A DNA stretch of 61,309 nucleotides, counting the filler, from Dirinaria sp. TL-2023a (lineage: Eukaryota), in the NCBI GenBank assembly GCA_051941275.1. It is 7 parts of 7 records of this genome, joined end to end, with 100 filler letters (N's around TTAATTAATTAA, not from the genome) between each part and the next. Parts side by side here need not be neighbours in the genome. Positions count along the whole stretch, not along the records: positions 8,800 to 17,488 come from JAVEBF010001150.1; positions 17,589 to 26,259 come from JAVEBF010001151.1; 5 more parts are not named here. The stretch is one strand, 5' to 3'. Position 1 is the first letter of the stretch. Every line of letters begins with the position of its first letter. The notes under the pieces were generated by a model that saw only the letters and a program-made list of their open reading frames with translations, ran no database searches and was not told the DNA's origin. Shown piece after piece: positions 11,725 to 23,840 of this stretch. Made by a program: the position numbers and the translations under genes.

Positions 11725-12568
11725 CTAAGCGGGAGTAACGGCGACGTTATCCAGCTTGATTACAGCATTAGGCTCGCCAACGAGGAACTCGAACCGGACA
11801 TTTTCCGGATTCGCCGCCGCCGTAAAAGGTACTGTGACGCGGTAGAATTGACCCACGGCCTGTTGCCCATCGTCGCAAGAATCGAATGTGAAAACTGGCT
11901 GGTGGTTCAGCATCACCCCCACAAACCCCTCCTGCTGCGTGCATTTGTCGAAGTAGACGCTGAACGAAAGCGTGTACGCGGCGCCGACAGTCAGGCCGGA
12001 GACGTCTTGGTTAACGCTTGCTGGGTGCATGTTGGAGTCCTCGCTCGGGGTTCCCGTTTGGTCGAACTCGTAAGCAGTGGCCGAACCATCTCCTGGAGAA
12101 GACAGGGAGTGTTTGGTGTTGGCTACGTCGCCGGCTACCCAGGGGGCAAGACCACATTCGAAGCCGCCATTCTTGACGAGGTTATTTGCCGGGGTGGGTG
12201 TGCAGGTTGGAGTCGTGGTCGTAGTGGGTTTGCACGAGCAGGCAGAGCTGTATCGGGCTGTGGCGGTACCGCAGCCGCCGGTTGCGCGAGTGGGGAAGCC
12301 AGTGGTCGCTGTGTTGATTGTTGTGGTGTATGTCGCGCAGAAGGCCAATGCCGAGGAGACAGCTGCTGGGCTCTGAGTGGGAAATAATGCCCGGAGACAG
12401 CTAAAGTATACCGGTCAACTCGCTCTTGGCTTGAAGGGACAACGATTCGAGAAGAGAGCGCTGGATGTTTGCAGTTACATACTTATCCGCATTGCATTGT
12501 GTCCCTTCAACCGAGTTTGAGCTGAGGAAGAGGCAAGCTGCCAATAGAGCCGAACTAGTAAACTTCAT
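11725..12568 (-). CDS. Secreted protein: signal peptide, CNADNCLRAL Cys-rich module, Thr-rich linker, CBM4_9/galactose-binding-like domain
   Basis: Exon 1 (12483-12568) reads MKFTSSALLAACLFLSSNSVEGTQCNADN. Intron 12401-12482 is GTATGT..TAG. Exon 2 continues in frame: CLRALFP..FCATYT..RYSSACSC..PTTTTTPT..NLVKNGGFECGLAPW..IKLDNVAVTPA*. Confidence 0.85.
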
Positions 12569-14651
12569 CGCGCTTATTTTAGAAGCGGATCAGCAGATGT
12601 TGATGAACGAATTAAAGTAGCTGAAATTAGAACAAGCCTAGTACTGCAACGAATTTTTGAGAGTTTATCAATCGGGGGGAGACCGAACAGTGCCTTTTAT
12701 ATTCCCATGGTGGCTCGGCACCGCCATTTTTGTAAATGAGATCCAGCACCATGGCCGCCAACAACACTGAGCAAACAGCAAGACCAATTCTCTGAATAAT
12801 GAAAATTAGTGGCATGAAGTGACATGATGGTGCGGAAAGAGTAAAGCGAAGCGAGAAATCCGAAAGTAGCAGCGCGAAGCAAGCCACAATTGCCAAGGCA
12901 ATAGGGCGAAGCTTAGGCTGGACGGGAAGATCCCTGAAGTGAGATGGTCTGGAGAAGAGCAGGCAAGCCATGTTACATCCAAGCGTGTGTGGGAAGTGTG
13001 CAGAATCCGGTTCACCCTACCACCGTGGTCAGCGCCACTTCGAGGGCCTGACCTTCCCCGGCTCCAACACGTGTCGACCGGCGACGCTTTGGACCTTGGC
13101 TTCAGCCCTTGCTGTATGGGACCACCATGCGCACCGCACTTGGCACTTTCCTATCCTCTTTGATCCTCAATCTCGACTCCACCGCTTCTGCCTACATGAC
13201 GGTAAGGCCTGGCGTACCTCGTATTTCGAGGGTCTAACGAGACTCTCCTTTGCGCTGCCGACTGGGATTATTCCATGAAGGTCATAAAGCAACTTCCACG
13301 ACGTTGCATCTTTAGACTCCGAGCTCATTCTTCTTGTTTCGATAGGGCGTGCTAGGTGCTACAAAGGTAGCGAATGATACTCTTTCCGGGCCACCAGAGA
13401 CACCAGTTTATTAAGCCTGCTCCTCGAATTCCCCGGAAACCTGTGATACGCACATGGAGATGCCATCTTCATTCCGCTTTCCTGTTTCAGCTTCTGATCC
13501 CGTGCCCTGGTAAGAATGGGTGCTCGTTCCACTAGTGCTTTGTCACTTCGTTTTCTTTTCTTATTCGTGATCCCTCATTAGATTCGCGTATTGTTGCACT
13601 GATACAATGTGGACAGTTCATATATTTGGCAGTAATACTTCGCTGGTGGAATAGCTCATTCGCATTAGTACGCTTTTCTCATGAGCTGCTAGTGTGCTTG
13701 AAATTAGCACCCTGCTAGAGCATGAATTATTGAGGAGGTTTACAAAAACCCTCGTATGACTTGGTGTCGAGTGTGGACCACTATCATCTAGCCTGAAAAG
13801 AGACAATCCAGGCCAGACCCTCTATCTGGATCGCCGTACGCACTGTTTGCGGTGTAGTTATTGGTACAAGGACAATTGAAGGGATCGAAGATGACGACGC
13901 GTTGTTGCGGAAGCGTGGGAGGTAGCAGAAGCTGGAGGAGCTGATCCAAAGGACTAGTATCTCCAATCGGATCAAAGTATCTGTATGTCAAGGGGCCTAG
14001 GCGAGGGGTTTTCACCGCCGTAGGTAGTGATCATCCTCAGTAGAGCTGGTAGTGAAATCTGTACGAGAATTTCCGTATTTTGAGCGTGGTCCTCGAAATT
14101 GTAGAAGCTAGCCAACACTTCTGTTGTTCACCCAAAGGCACTACAGGAATAGGCCATTAAAATATCAAGAGATGCAATCATTTCTGGTGTGCGTGCGGTT
14201 CAGGAGGTGGTGAACTTGCCCTTTCCTCTTGGGAAAACATCATTAGGAGACCTCACATGGGAATACTCCATCATCCAAAATCCTCGTCAATTGGTTATCG
14301 ACTCGGTTGATCTACTTTCCAATTTGGTGACCATGTTGCTCTTCGTTCTAAGAAGTAGGCATAATACACTGGAATCAGCATTAGACTTGGGACTCAACAG
14401 AACATTGGTTGTAATGACTAACATCGTTACGCCATCAACTCGGCTGTACGTGCTCTTCCCCAGCAGCTCATTATTGTAATACCAAGACTTCCGGAGCCGA
14501 TCCAATGTTTTCCTCCCGTCTTCCTGGCACACAATTCAGAGCGGCCAAAGAAACCAGTTCTTCGGAGTGAGTGGCTTGTTGAGTTTTATTTGGGAGGCTG
14601 TGCCTTTTCGACCACATCTTTTCGGCCATGTTCCAGCGTCCATCACATCTT

Positions 14652-16617
14652 TCAAGTTATGTCTTGACTGCCTTGCTTTGTAATCTGCGTAGTCTGCTCT
14701 GGGCCAGCAAAGCCGCCGGAGCTAGTTGAACTTACATTACCTACTGTAGCTTTGCCAACACCAAGTCTAATACCACCGTCACTCAGATACTTAATGCTGT
14801 CCCGACTTCTATTGCTAGAAACGCTATTGCTTCGCTTGTGCTTGATATTGCTCTTCATATTCAATCCGCCCGGTAGTCTTTGTTTCAAGACAGATGAAGG
14901 ACTAGGATCCTCTTGGCTGTCATGCAAGATCGGAATGCTTCTAATTGATGGAGCGGGAGGCGATGTGTCTTTTGTCGGTTGGGAGCTTTCATGCATATTA
15001 GAAGTAGCAACATCGTGGCTGAATGCACCATTGATACCGGTAGTGGCATCGCTGATCTCGCCAAGTGTGAGAGATGACGAAACTTCATCATCGGAGTAGT
15101 CGGCCCCATAAGCGATGGAACGCCGTACGCTCCCAGGGAAATTACCCAAATGGGTCCTGCCTGCATACTGGTCCAGTGCATGGAAAACATGAGGAAAGAC
15201 AAGGCTGTCAACGTGTTGGGCCCAAAGAAAATCTAGATGCTCAAAGTGAGGTACTTCCTTTGCGACTGTATGTCTCGGGAGTTCTTTGAGCATGACATTG
15301 ATATCGACAAGGCTGTCACTACCGCCATAAACCAGTAGCACGGGCGTCTTGATATTCCTTGTAGGAAACTTTGCGGGCTTGTAGTACCGATCGCTGGCTC
15401 CAAGGCTCAATGGTGCTTGTACGTCGTCGTCATACATACGGAAGCTTTTGTTGCGAATGATTTGAAACCAGTGGACCACGCTCTTTACGCTAGTATACGA
15501 AAAGAGGTGGGGATAAGCCGCTAGCTTTTGATGAGCGCTTATATTCCGGCTAGACCAGTTGAACAAGAATTTGAGAGATCTGTCGATGAACTGGACGAAA
15601 ATCGGTGGGTACAAGATCGACTGCCACATTGTTGCAGAGCTGAGCATGCTCCTTCGCCCAAAAGCGAGGAACAATACCTGCGGAGACGCTTTGACGAGAG
15701 AATCTACCACACTATTTGTTAGGCCAGCAGGTGACATAGCTGGCGCAAGGGCAACGAAGACGTCCACTTTATCGTTCAGTTTCGGGTGTATGGACAGGGC
15801 TGCGAAGGCCTGAGCAGTCCCTTGGGAAAAGCCAACGTAGGATACGGTTGGTTGGGACGTGGTCATCAGGATGTAGTCGATGCTGTTAGGGATATCGTGA
15901 AAGGCGAACTCGTCCATGGAGAAATTCCAGAACCTGGGAGATGCTGAGGAAAATCGAGTCGACTTCTTCGAGTATTTGTTCCCTCGGTTGTTCCCAAGCT
16001 TTACATGGTTAGCAAACATAGATACGTATCCGGTATTTGGACCTACCCAAACGTCATACCCTTTTTCCACCAATATGAACGGCAGACATCTTTCTTTCTC
16101 TGTCAAACATACCCACACTTCGCTATTCATCATCAGCCCATGATGTAGGTAAACCACCTTCTTCAAGACACTGCTTTGTCCTGCATTAACCCTAGTGCCT
16201 TCTTCGCCCTTCCTCCAACCCAGTCTGTGTAAGCCAAGCAGGTAGCCATCTCCGGTTTGGACAACATGCTCCTCAGCGTAGTAGCCATACAGCGCACAAA
16301 GGTCGACAAAGTCGGCAGCATTGGCTATGGATTCGCTTGCTGACTTTTGTCTCGGCCGAGACTGCTTGCCTTGGCTTGATGATAAGAAGTTGAAGATATT
16401 TTTTGAACGATTGTAGCAGAAGCGAATGACGGGCTGCGGTAGGGCGAGTGTGATGATCCTAATAATTGTCTCAAGGAACACCAGTATAAGTGACCCAACG
16501 AGTGCCAGATACTCTCGCCTGTATCGACACTTTCAGTATCGGGAAATGCCCGGAGGTTCACACTGGTGTTGGTGGTACATACCAGAAAAGCCTGCCTATG
16601 AAGGGGACCCGGGCCAT
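14652..16617 (-). CDS. AB-hydrolase lipase / sterol esterase (TGL1/YEH-like)
   Basis: Exon 1 (16583-16617) reads MARVPFIGRLF. It is followed by EEHVVQTGDGYLLGLHR (abhydro_lipase region), YLHHGL, GNNRGNKYS, the catalytic GFSQG, and EHLDFLW. A second, in-frame 48-nt intron lies at 15999-16046. Confidence 0.93.
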
Positions 16618-17132
16618 TGCCCTTCAACAAACGTCGCTTTGCCGCGGATCAAACGAAGGTCTAGTTAGAGATTGATCGGTGCATGGAGGACTAAGGTAGG
16701 ATAGCAATAGAACGAAGCATGTTTAGGGTAGGGAGAGACTGGTGGTACCTTAGGGAGCGGACAAAGATTGAAGCACATGTACTGCTGGACTCATAATCCA
16801 TGGGGACACAGTAGTAGTGCAATAATAAAGTACGACTCCTTGGTTGAGACGCGCCCACAGTGACGGCATGTGAATTTCGGGACCCTTGCGCCGATCCGAA
16901 GACCCTGCATGCCATGCCCCAATGAAGCAGTTCGCCTGCGTACCTTACATTTTTGATAAGGTAATCCAGAGGTGCTCGTTCATTCTACCTGATCCTCTTG
17001 CCATATGTAGGTCACCAAAGTACCTCTAATGTGATCCAATCGAAGAGAACGCATACACCAGTACCTACTCAACAACAGCAAATATCCCACAAGCAAAGGC
17101 ATCATGACCTAAAGCCCCGCTTGATCATCAGC

Positions 17133-17488
17133 ATGCCTTCATCCTGCAAAGACATCCGTAACTCCATCCCTCTTATCCCCCAGTGAAAAAAAAAAAAAAA
17201 AACGATGACGAGCGCCCTACTAAGTTCTACTTTCACTTGCTTCCAGGCGCCGCCCTCGCATCCTGCCTCGCCTCGTCCGACTGCGTGCTCGTCGAGCGAC
17301 ACACGGCCGTCGAGTGCCTGCGCCCGCCACTGCTCGACACCCTGCCCACGCGATGCCAGCAACTAAAGCACGGCTACGGCCAATGCAAGCGCGGGATGGT
17401 GGACATGCGGAAACGCTTCCGGGGCAACATGCCCATTAGCACGAGCCTGGAGTTGCAGGGTGAAGGGAGGGGACAGCTGTATGCGGGG
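17133..17488 (+). CDS. PET191: Cytochrome c oxidase assembly factor PET191/COA5; 3' truncated at contig edge
   Basis: Exon 1 (17133-17157) reads MPSSCKDI. Intron 17158-17246. Exon 2 reads RAALASCLASSDCV..ECL..CQQLKHGYGQCKRGMVDMRKRFRGN, the characteristic Pet191 Cys pattern and C-terminal DMRKRFRGN motif. Confidence 0.92.
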
Positions 17489-17588
17489 NNNNNNNNNNNN
17501 NNNNNNNNNNNNNNNNNNNNNNNNNNNNNNNNTTAATTAATTAANNNNNNNNNNNNNNNNNNNNNNNNNNNNNNNNNNNNNNNNNNNN
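17489..17588. other. Artificial contig spacer
   Basis: N44-TTAATTAATTAA-N44. Confidence 0.99.
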
Positions 17589-17759
17589 TCTTTATATCTC
17601 GCTATGTATAACAGATAGGTAAGCAAGATTGTATTTGAATGTGAATGGTTATGTCCAAGGTCTATACATATAGATATATAAATGAGGATGATGATTTTCC
17701 ATGCCCGCTGATCGTAAAGGCAGGATAAAATGTTCGCGGCTGTGGTTGATGTGTGGGTT

Positions 17760-19714
17760 TCATGATGGGACTTCTTGTATCCAGATCTGCATTTTGTTAG
17801 AGTAAAAATAAGTACCTAGGAAAATGGAGAAATGTGTTCAGGGGACGAAAGAAAGAAAAGGGGGGGGGAGAGGGGGGAAATAAGGCTCACCTCCACCTTC
17901 CCCAAGTCGGCCCCTTCCCTCTGAGCCTCCTTCCTCACATTTGCAAGGCACATGTCCCAGTCATCCCCATCCCCGAGAGTGATGTAATCACCCTCGTCTT
18001 GGACCTTGAGCTTGAATCTCGTCCGCATGCCGAACTTTTCCCTCACCCGATCCACAAAATCTTCAAACACCACCGCCGACCCTACCATCACGTATCGCGT
18101 ATCGTCTCCACTGTGTACTTTGACGCGTATGTTCTTGAGCTCCGGGGGCCGCTTCGACTGTCCACGGCCCATGTTCGGCCTACTACGTGAGCGAGTCCGA
18201 GGCGCAGGCCGGCTGCTGTTCAGCATTTCAAAGTCCGAGAGCGAGGAGGTGTTCGAGGGGCCGAAATCATCGTCTTCCTCTTCTTCGGAGATGTATTGCG
18301 GACGTCTCCGGCTCCGCGAGCGATCTCTTCGTCTCGAAGAAGCGCGGCGGTCTTGGTACCGATCAGAGCTGTACCGCTTGCTCGCCGGAGGACTGCCGTA
18401 CATTTCATAAAGCTCGTCAGGGTATTCGTCGATGTCTGCGTCGTCTCCCTCGCGGGGTGTAGCTTCCATGAAAAGACGGCCTTTGCTGTTGGGGTAGTCC
18501 CGACGGTTGCGACTCGAATAGCCACGGCTTGGACCTCGTGGTTCGGAAGCGGTACGCTGAGTACCAAGGCGAGGCAGTTCTTTGTTTAAAGACGGCGGTC
18601 GGTTGTCTTGGGATGAAAGGTTGAGGCGTTCGGGGCGTGATCCTTGCCGGACTGAGTTGGCGCGCGCAGACATATTGGGTGGGTTGGTGGCCGTTGAGTT
18701 ATTGGTGGAAACATACTGAGGACGAACGGGCTCATGGTCTGGAGGAGGCGTAGGAGGGAACACGTTGCGGTTAATGGGAGGCGCTGATTGCTGTCTAGCT
18801 CTGCTCATGAGATCTGGTTTAACAAGGTTCGACGCGGCGAAGGAAATGGTGTCCAGAGGCCTATCGTCTTTGGCATTTCCGCCTACAGCATTCTTCTTTG
18901 CTTCTGATCCTGCGAAGCCTGTGAAGGCATTCGCCTGATCGGATGCTGCCACTAATCTTGCCTTTCCCAAGTAATCCTTGGTCTTCAAATTCTTGACTTT
19001 GGCCTGATTTGGCCGGTATACTACGCCAACAGGGATGGAGAAGACGGTATAACCCTGGTGCAATTAGTTGTGGGATACAATTTCCGACGCACTAGAAATC
19101 ATACCTCGGCTTCTTCTCTGATGGCTTCATCTATCACATCATGATCCGGTGTGACCTTTTCTTTTACCGCAAAGCCTAGATCCGCCATCCCAGCCTCCAT
19201 CTGCTGCAGATAAATGTAGCATAGCCCTCGATTGAACAGGACTTCGCATGAAAAAAGCTTGAATTTTAGGCCCAGCTGGTCATAATCAATGAACGTGTTT
19301 CCACGCAGATATAACAGGGTGTCATTAAAGTTCGCAAGCGCCTCTTCGAAGTCTCCCACAAGAAAATTGGATACGCCCTGCTGAAAGTATGCAACGGCCA
19401 GATACATGTCAAGCTTCACAGCTCGCTGATAGCACTCCACCTGTAGATTGTCAGCACCAATGATGGCGAGGATTTTGGAAACGCGACTAACAGCTTTATC
19501 ATGCTCGCCCAATGTCGCATGGATGACGCCGCAATTGAACAAAATCTTCGATGTATCCGAGATATTGTCAAATATCTTCAACGCTTCCTCGAATTCGTTG
19601 TTGTCATAGTGTCCCAGAGCGGTGACCCACGTCTCGATCTCCTATAGTATGCAAGGGTTATCTGACTGATACATCGAACAAGCAATCGCTCCAACATACT
19701 TGCTTCAAAGACAT
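17760..19714 (-). CDS. noxR: NADPH oxidase regulator NoxR (p67phox-like; TPR + PB1)
   Basis: MSLKQ|EIETWVTALGHYDNNEF..SKILFNCGVIHATLGEH..LAVAYFQQGVSNFL..CEVLFNRGLC (TPR), KDYLGKARLVA (activation region), PPTPPP, and a C-terminal PB1 (IRVKVH..DEGDYITLGDGDDW). Introns at 19642-19699, 19441-19491, 19055-19104 and 17787-17890. Confidence 0.96.
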
Positions 19715-21224
19715 AATTACAGTCCTCTCCAATTGTGAACGCTGATGGATGCTTTGGTGAGCGACACATCAGCCACTTGGATCTTCGGCGGAGCTGCAAG
19801 GGTAGATACTAACTGGCTGGCACGGAGCTGTACCTGCAGCTTATCTAGCCACAGTGGTCAGGGTAGGAGAGAGTATGTAGTAGCAATCCGGCAGCATAGA
19901 CCCGGAAATGCTAGGCCGGCAGAATGAAAGAGAGGTGCGATAGCTGTCGGCAGTCAGGAAAGGAAGGAATGTCGCTGGGTATACCAACGAGGGAAATACA
20001 AGCAAATCATGATTAAAAGAGCGTAAGCGATGCGAGGACCAGCGCGTAGAGAAGCGATTTGGGGCGGGCGGTGGACTGCGCGGGCTAAAAGTAAAGTAGC
20101 TGGGCGTGCACTTGCATGAAGATGACCCCTCGGAGGGCCAGAAAGCGAGGATTGGATGGAAGCATCTGATGTCGCAGAGTCGAGAACGAGTGGCTGATGT
20201 GCCAGACGCACCCCTGCATTAGCAATGCCGACAATTGCCCGTCGGAGGCTTCGGCGCTTAAAGTAAATATTCACGGAATTCGGAGGTACCGTATCTCTGA
20301 TTCCACCTTGCTCATAGGATTCAGATCACCGCAACCGTTACAGCTCCATACTTTGTACGGAGCACATTGCGTAACGTTGCAATTGTCGCCCGATACTGCG
20401 GACGAAAGGAATGGGGACTGAGGAGCCAAGCTCTCCAACGCAGAACACATTACCTTAGGAGCAATAATGCAATAGCATATTATTCAATGGGCCAAGACCA
20501 TTATTGATAAGGTACAGTATTCCTTCGATCCGTCAAGCCATGAAGATCACTGTCGGGACTAGCATGATCCCGAAACATTCTATGCCAAGAGATCCGTCAA
20601 AGATACACGTACACTCATGGACGGCTGGTCTTCGAGATCGAGCAGCTATTAATATTGAGGTAGCCCACGAGTAGAAAAAACCACATACCTTGACTATATG
20701 ACTATTTTCTGAATGAATTGGTTTCGTTCCGCACGTCACCGACCCAGCAATTCTACGCTCAACTCATAGTACCTAATTAATCCGACCGTCGAGCTGGCTG
20801 TGAGTAACGATACTCCATTGTCGCGCTGCATCGAAAGCAGTCGATGTGCGCTTCGATTTTGCGGCCTACTTATCCACCGCCACTTTCGAAGCATGATAAT
20901 TCATGGCGTCTAGTGACAGGCGATTCCCAAAGCATTGGCAGACTCCGGTGTCCAGACGGATACTGGCTCAAAGTTCCCTCTAAGCGGAGTGTAAGGAGAC
21001 ATACCTACCTTTCTCGCCTGTTAGTCGCCATCTTAGTACCTTCCACATAAGATGTATTGGACAGCTTGATTGTGGGGAAAGCTGCTGTTACCAGATGGAC
21101 TTCGCGCCTGGTTGAGCTCCCGCATTCGCTTGGTCTGATTAGAAAAGTTAGATCCGAGACACTGCTGTCAGCCAGCCCAGGCTATTATTGATGATAGACT
21201 TGGTCACTTCTGGCAATTATCGAA

Positions 21225-22700
21225 TCATTTAATGGTGTTCCAACCTTTAGCTTCTTGTCCTTTGAGGGCGGTGGCAGTTTCTGGCTGATCTACTGATCCA
21301 GCCTGAGCTTCCCGGCATGCGGCCTGAAAGATATTGACAAATTCCCACACCTCTGCGAACGTATTGTAGAGTGGCGCCGGTGCTACCCGTACCACGTCAG
21401 GCTGCCTTTCGTCCACCACTACGCCCTTCTCTTCCAAGGCCTTCATTACTCCCTTCAAGAGTCCCGGTCCCAAACGGATACTGAGTTGCGCGCCGCGACC
21501 CGCTGGGTCCAGAGGTGTAATAATACGGTATAAATGGGGGTTTCTCCCATCTGATGGTTGCTGCAACAAGAGATCTGCAAGATAGCCTGTCAAGGCCCGA
21601 GACTTGTCCTGGAGAGCTGACATCGATGTGAGAGCAAAGACTTCCAAAGATGCGAGGACAGTAGTGAGCGCTAGTGCAGATGGATTGCCTAGCTGAAAGC
21701 CAGCTGCACCTGGGATTGGTACAAAGGTGCCACCCATTTCGAATCTGATCGCTCTGTCACCACCCCACCATCCGCTGAGTCTTGGTCTGTACCCATTCTC
21801 GTTGTGTTTTATAGCCTCAACATTGACGTGGCCATGCATCTCGTGTACAAAGAGACTTGCAATGGAACCTGGGCCCGAATTGAGGTATTTATAATTACAC
21901 CACACGGCAAAATCGACTTCCCATTCATGCAGCTTGAGTTCCACATTACCAGCCGCGTGTGCAAGATCCCAGCCAATCAAAATACCACGAGAATGGGCAT
22001 GGGCAGTGATGGTCGGTATATCAAGGTATTGCCCTGTATAGTACTGGACTCCAGGGAGAAATACAAGAGCCGTCGACGCTGCATGCACGTCGATAGTGGA
22101 CAAGATGTGCGACGTGCTGATGGTCGCCTCTTCCGCATCCTCCGGTTCAATGAGCACCAATGCATCATCAGGATCGAATCCATGGTGTCGGACCTGGGAA
22201 TCCACCGCATAGTGGTCGCTTGGGAAGGCTTTTCCCTCTAGAATAACCTTGTATTTATCCTTTGTCGGGCGGTAGAAGCTCGCCATCATAAGATGTATAT
22301 TCGCGGTAAGCGACTCCATCACTGCTACTTCGCTCCGTGCTGCACCAACGATAGGCGCCATCTTCTCAGCTGCGACATCGTCGACGTGCAGAAATGGAGG
22401 CAAATTTGATCCATGCTCTGCAAAATGGCCTGTCACACCCTTCTTCGCCCAGGCCGAGAGATGCTCGTGGACTCGGTCTGCAGTGCGGCGGGGTTGAAGA
22501 CCCAGCGAATTGCCACAAAGATAGATGCATAATTGATTCGCCGCCTCGTTGTTAAGATCTGGAAGGTGCCTTCCTTGCAGATCAGCTCGGGTCGGTATAA
22601 GAAATTGTGACCTAAGATGTCTCAATGGATCTTCCTGGTCTAGCTTTTCCGCGTCCTTACGATCCGAGGTCCTCGCGATTCCATTGGGTTTTCCAAACAT
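21225..22700 (-). CDS. BNA5: Kynureninase (PLP-dependent, de novo NAD biosynthesis)
   Basis: IYLCGNSLGLQP, AFPSDHYA, GWDLAHAAGN, DFAVWCNYKYLNSGPG (PLP lysine), RLSGWWG, RGAQLS, RVAPAPLYN. Single exon; first ATG at 22700. Confidence 0.96.
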   Translation of the reverse strand: MFGKPNGIARTSDRKDAEKLDQEDPLRHLRSQFLIPTRADLQGRHLPDLNNEAANQLCIYLCGNSLGLQPRRTADRVHEHLSAWAKKGVTGHFAEHGSNLPPFLHVDDVAAEKMAPIVGAARSEVAVMESLTANIHLMMASFYRPTKDKYKVILEGKAFPSDHYAVDSQVRHHGFDPDDALVLIEPEDAEEATISTSHILSTIDVHAASTALVFLPGVQYYTGQYLDIPTITAHAHSRGILIGWDLAHAAGNVELKLHEWEVDFAVWCNYKYLNSGPGSIASLFVHEMHGHVNVEAIKHNENGYRPRLSGWWGGDRAIRFEMGGTFVPIPGAAGFQLGNPSALALTTVLASLEVFALTSMSALQDKSRALTGYLADLLLQQPSDGRNPHLYRIITPLDPAGRGAQLSIRLGPGLLKGVMKALEEKGVVVDERQPDVVRVAPAPLYNTFAEVWEFVNIFQAACREAQAGSVDQPETATALKGQEAKGWNTIK

Positions 22701-22979
22701 AGGTAGTATATGGTGACTGGTCAAAATTGATGTAGTCTTATATCGTGGCACTGTCTAGATGCTAACCTATGTATATGGGCAGATGTTGGCAAAAGCAGAA
22801 AAAAAACTTTCCAATAAGATAAATTTGTTGGGAAATGGGTAGAGCCAACTACATGTAGGTACCTTAGGTAGTAATGGAAGAAGGGACTATTATGCCACTG
22901 ACTTTATCTAGTCAATTTCGTTCCCATGGTTATGAAATTCCGAATTAGGTTAATGCCTCGGTATTGGCAGCTCGCCCCG

Positions 22980-22987
22980 TGACGTCA
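22980..22987. promoter_or_regulatory. Perfect CRE/ATF palindrome TGACGTCA in the divergent kynureninase-ISA2 promoter
   Basis: Exact octamer within a 402-bp head-to-head intergenic region; function inferred only. Confidence 0.4.
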
Positions 22988-23102
22988 TCGGAGCTTAGCA
23001 ATCCAGTGAAGAGAATCTTCTACCACAGGTAAGGTATGTAAGTACGACCAGAGGTACCGTTACCTACGTACCAACGTCACTATTTTTCAAATCGGCCTGA
23101 GA

Positions 23103-23840
23103 ATGAGTGTTACCCGCTCACTGCAACGATCTAATACGGCAACAATTAGAAACTATCGTATTCCTACGTCACAGTCTTTAAATGCATCTCGTTTTCTGTC
23201 GACTACTCGACATACTCGGAACGGACCAATCCTTGACTTGCTCGTGCCATCATCTGCAAAATCGAGGTCGTCTTTAAAGTCCATATTCCCAGCGCCCTAT
23301 TCGAGATTGTCTGCCTGTTCGCTTCGCTCCTTCTTCCATCGCCATTTCTCTGTCTCTACCCCAGGTCACGCGGTCGTAGTAACAGCGAATCCACGCAAAG
23401 ATGAGGAGGGAAACGTGATGCTCATCGACATAACCTCACGAGCTTCCAATGTAAGCTAGCATCGATTCTATTCGCTATTTGGAGTCTAGCTAAATTGTTC
23501 CGACTTATGCGATTAGCGCCTAAAGGAAATCATGTCCAAAGATTCAAATCCCAATTTGGCCCTTCGCGTCACGGTCGAGTCTGGCGGATGCCATGGGTTT
23601 CAGTACCTTATGTCATTAATGAATACCTCGTCCATATCGGCCGAAGACGATACTGTGTTTGAAGCCAGCGATGGCTCGGGTGCTAGGGTAGTAATGGATG
23701 AACCCAGTCTAGAGCTTTTGAAGGGGAGCAAGATTGATTATACCATGGAGTTGATTGGCTCGCAGTTCAAGATAACCGACAACCCGGCCGCGAGCAGTAG
23801 TTGTGGCTGTGGTACATCATTTGATATCAAAGCGTCTTGA
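23103..23840 (+). CDS. ISA2: Mitochondrial iron-sulfur cluster assembly protein Isa2 (HesB/IscA family)
   Basis: Arg/Ser-rich presequence. Intron 23451-23516. Then LRVTVESGGCHGFQY, KIDYTMELIGSQF, SSCGCGTSF. Confidence 0.94.

Noticed and set aside
11590..12387. 265-aa plus-strand ORF
   Set aside because: Antisense shadow of the secreted CBM-like gene; non-ATG start.
12627..14532. Several 60-115 aa ORFs between the CBM-like gene and the lipase
   Set aside because: No motifs and no consistent splice model; probably UTR or intergenic.
17133..19714. PET191-NoxR adjacency, or any cluster spanning spacers (e.g. OMT with PTR2, TF with copia)
   Set aside because: The genes lie on different concatenated contigs.
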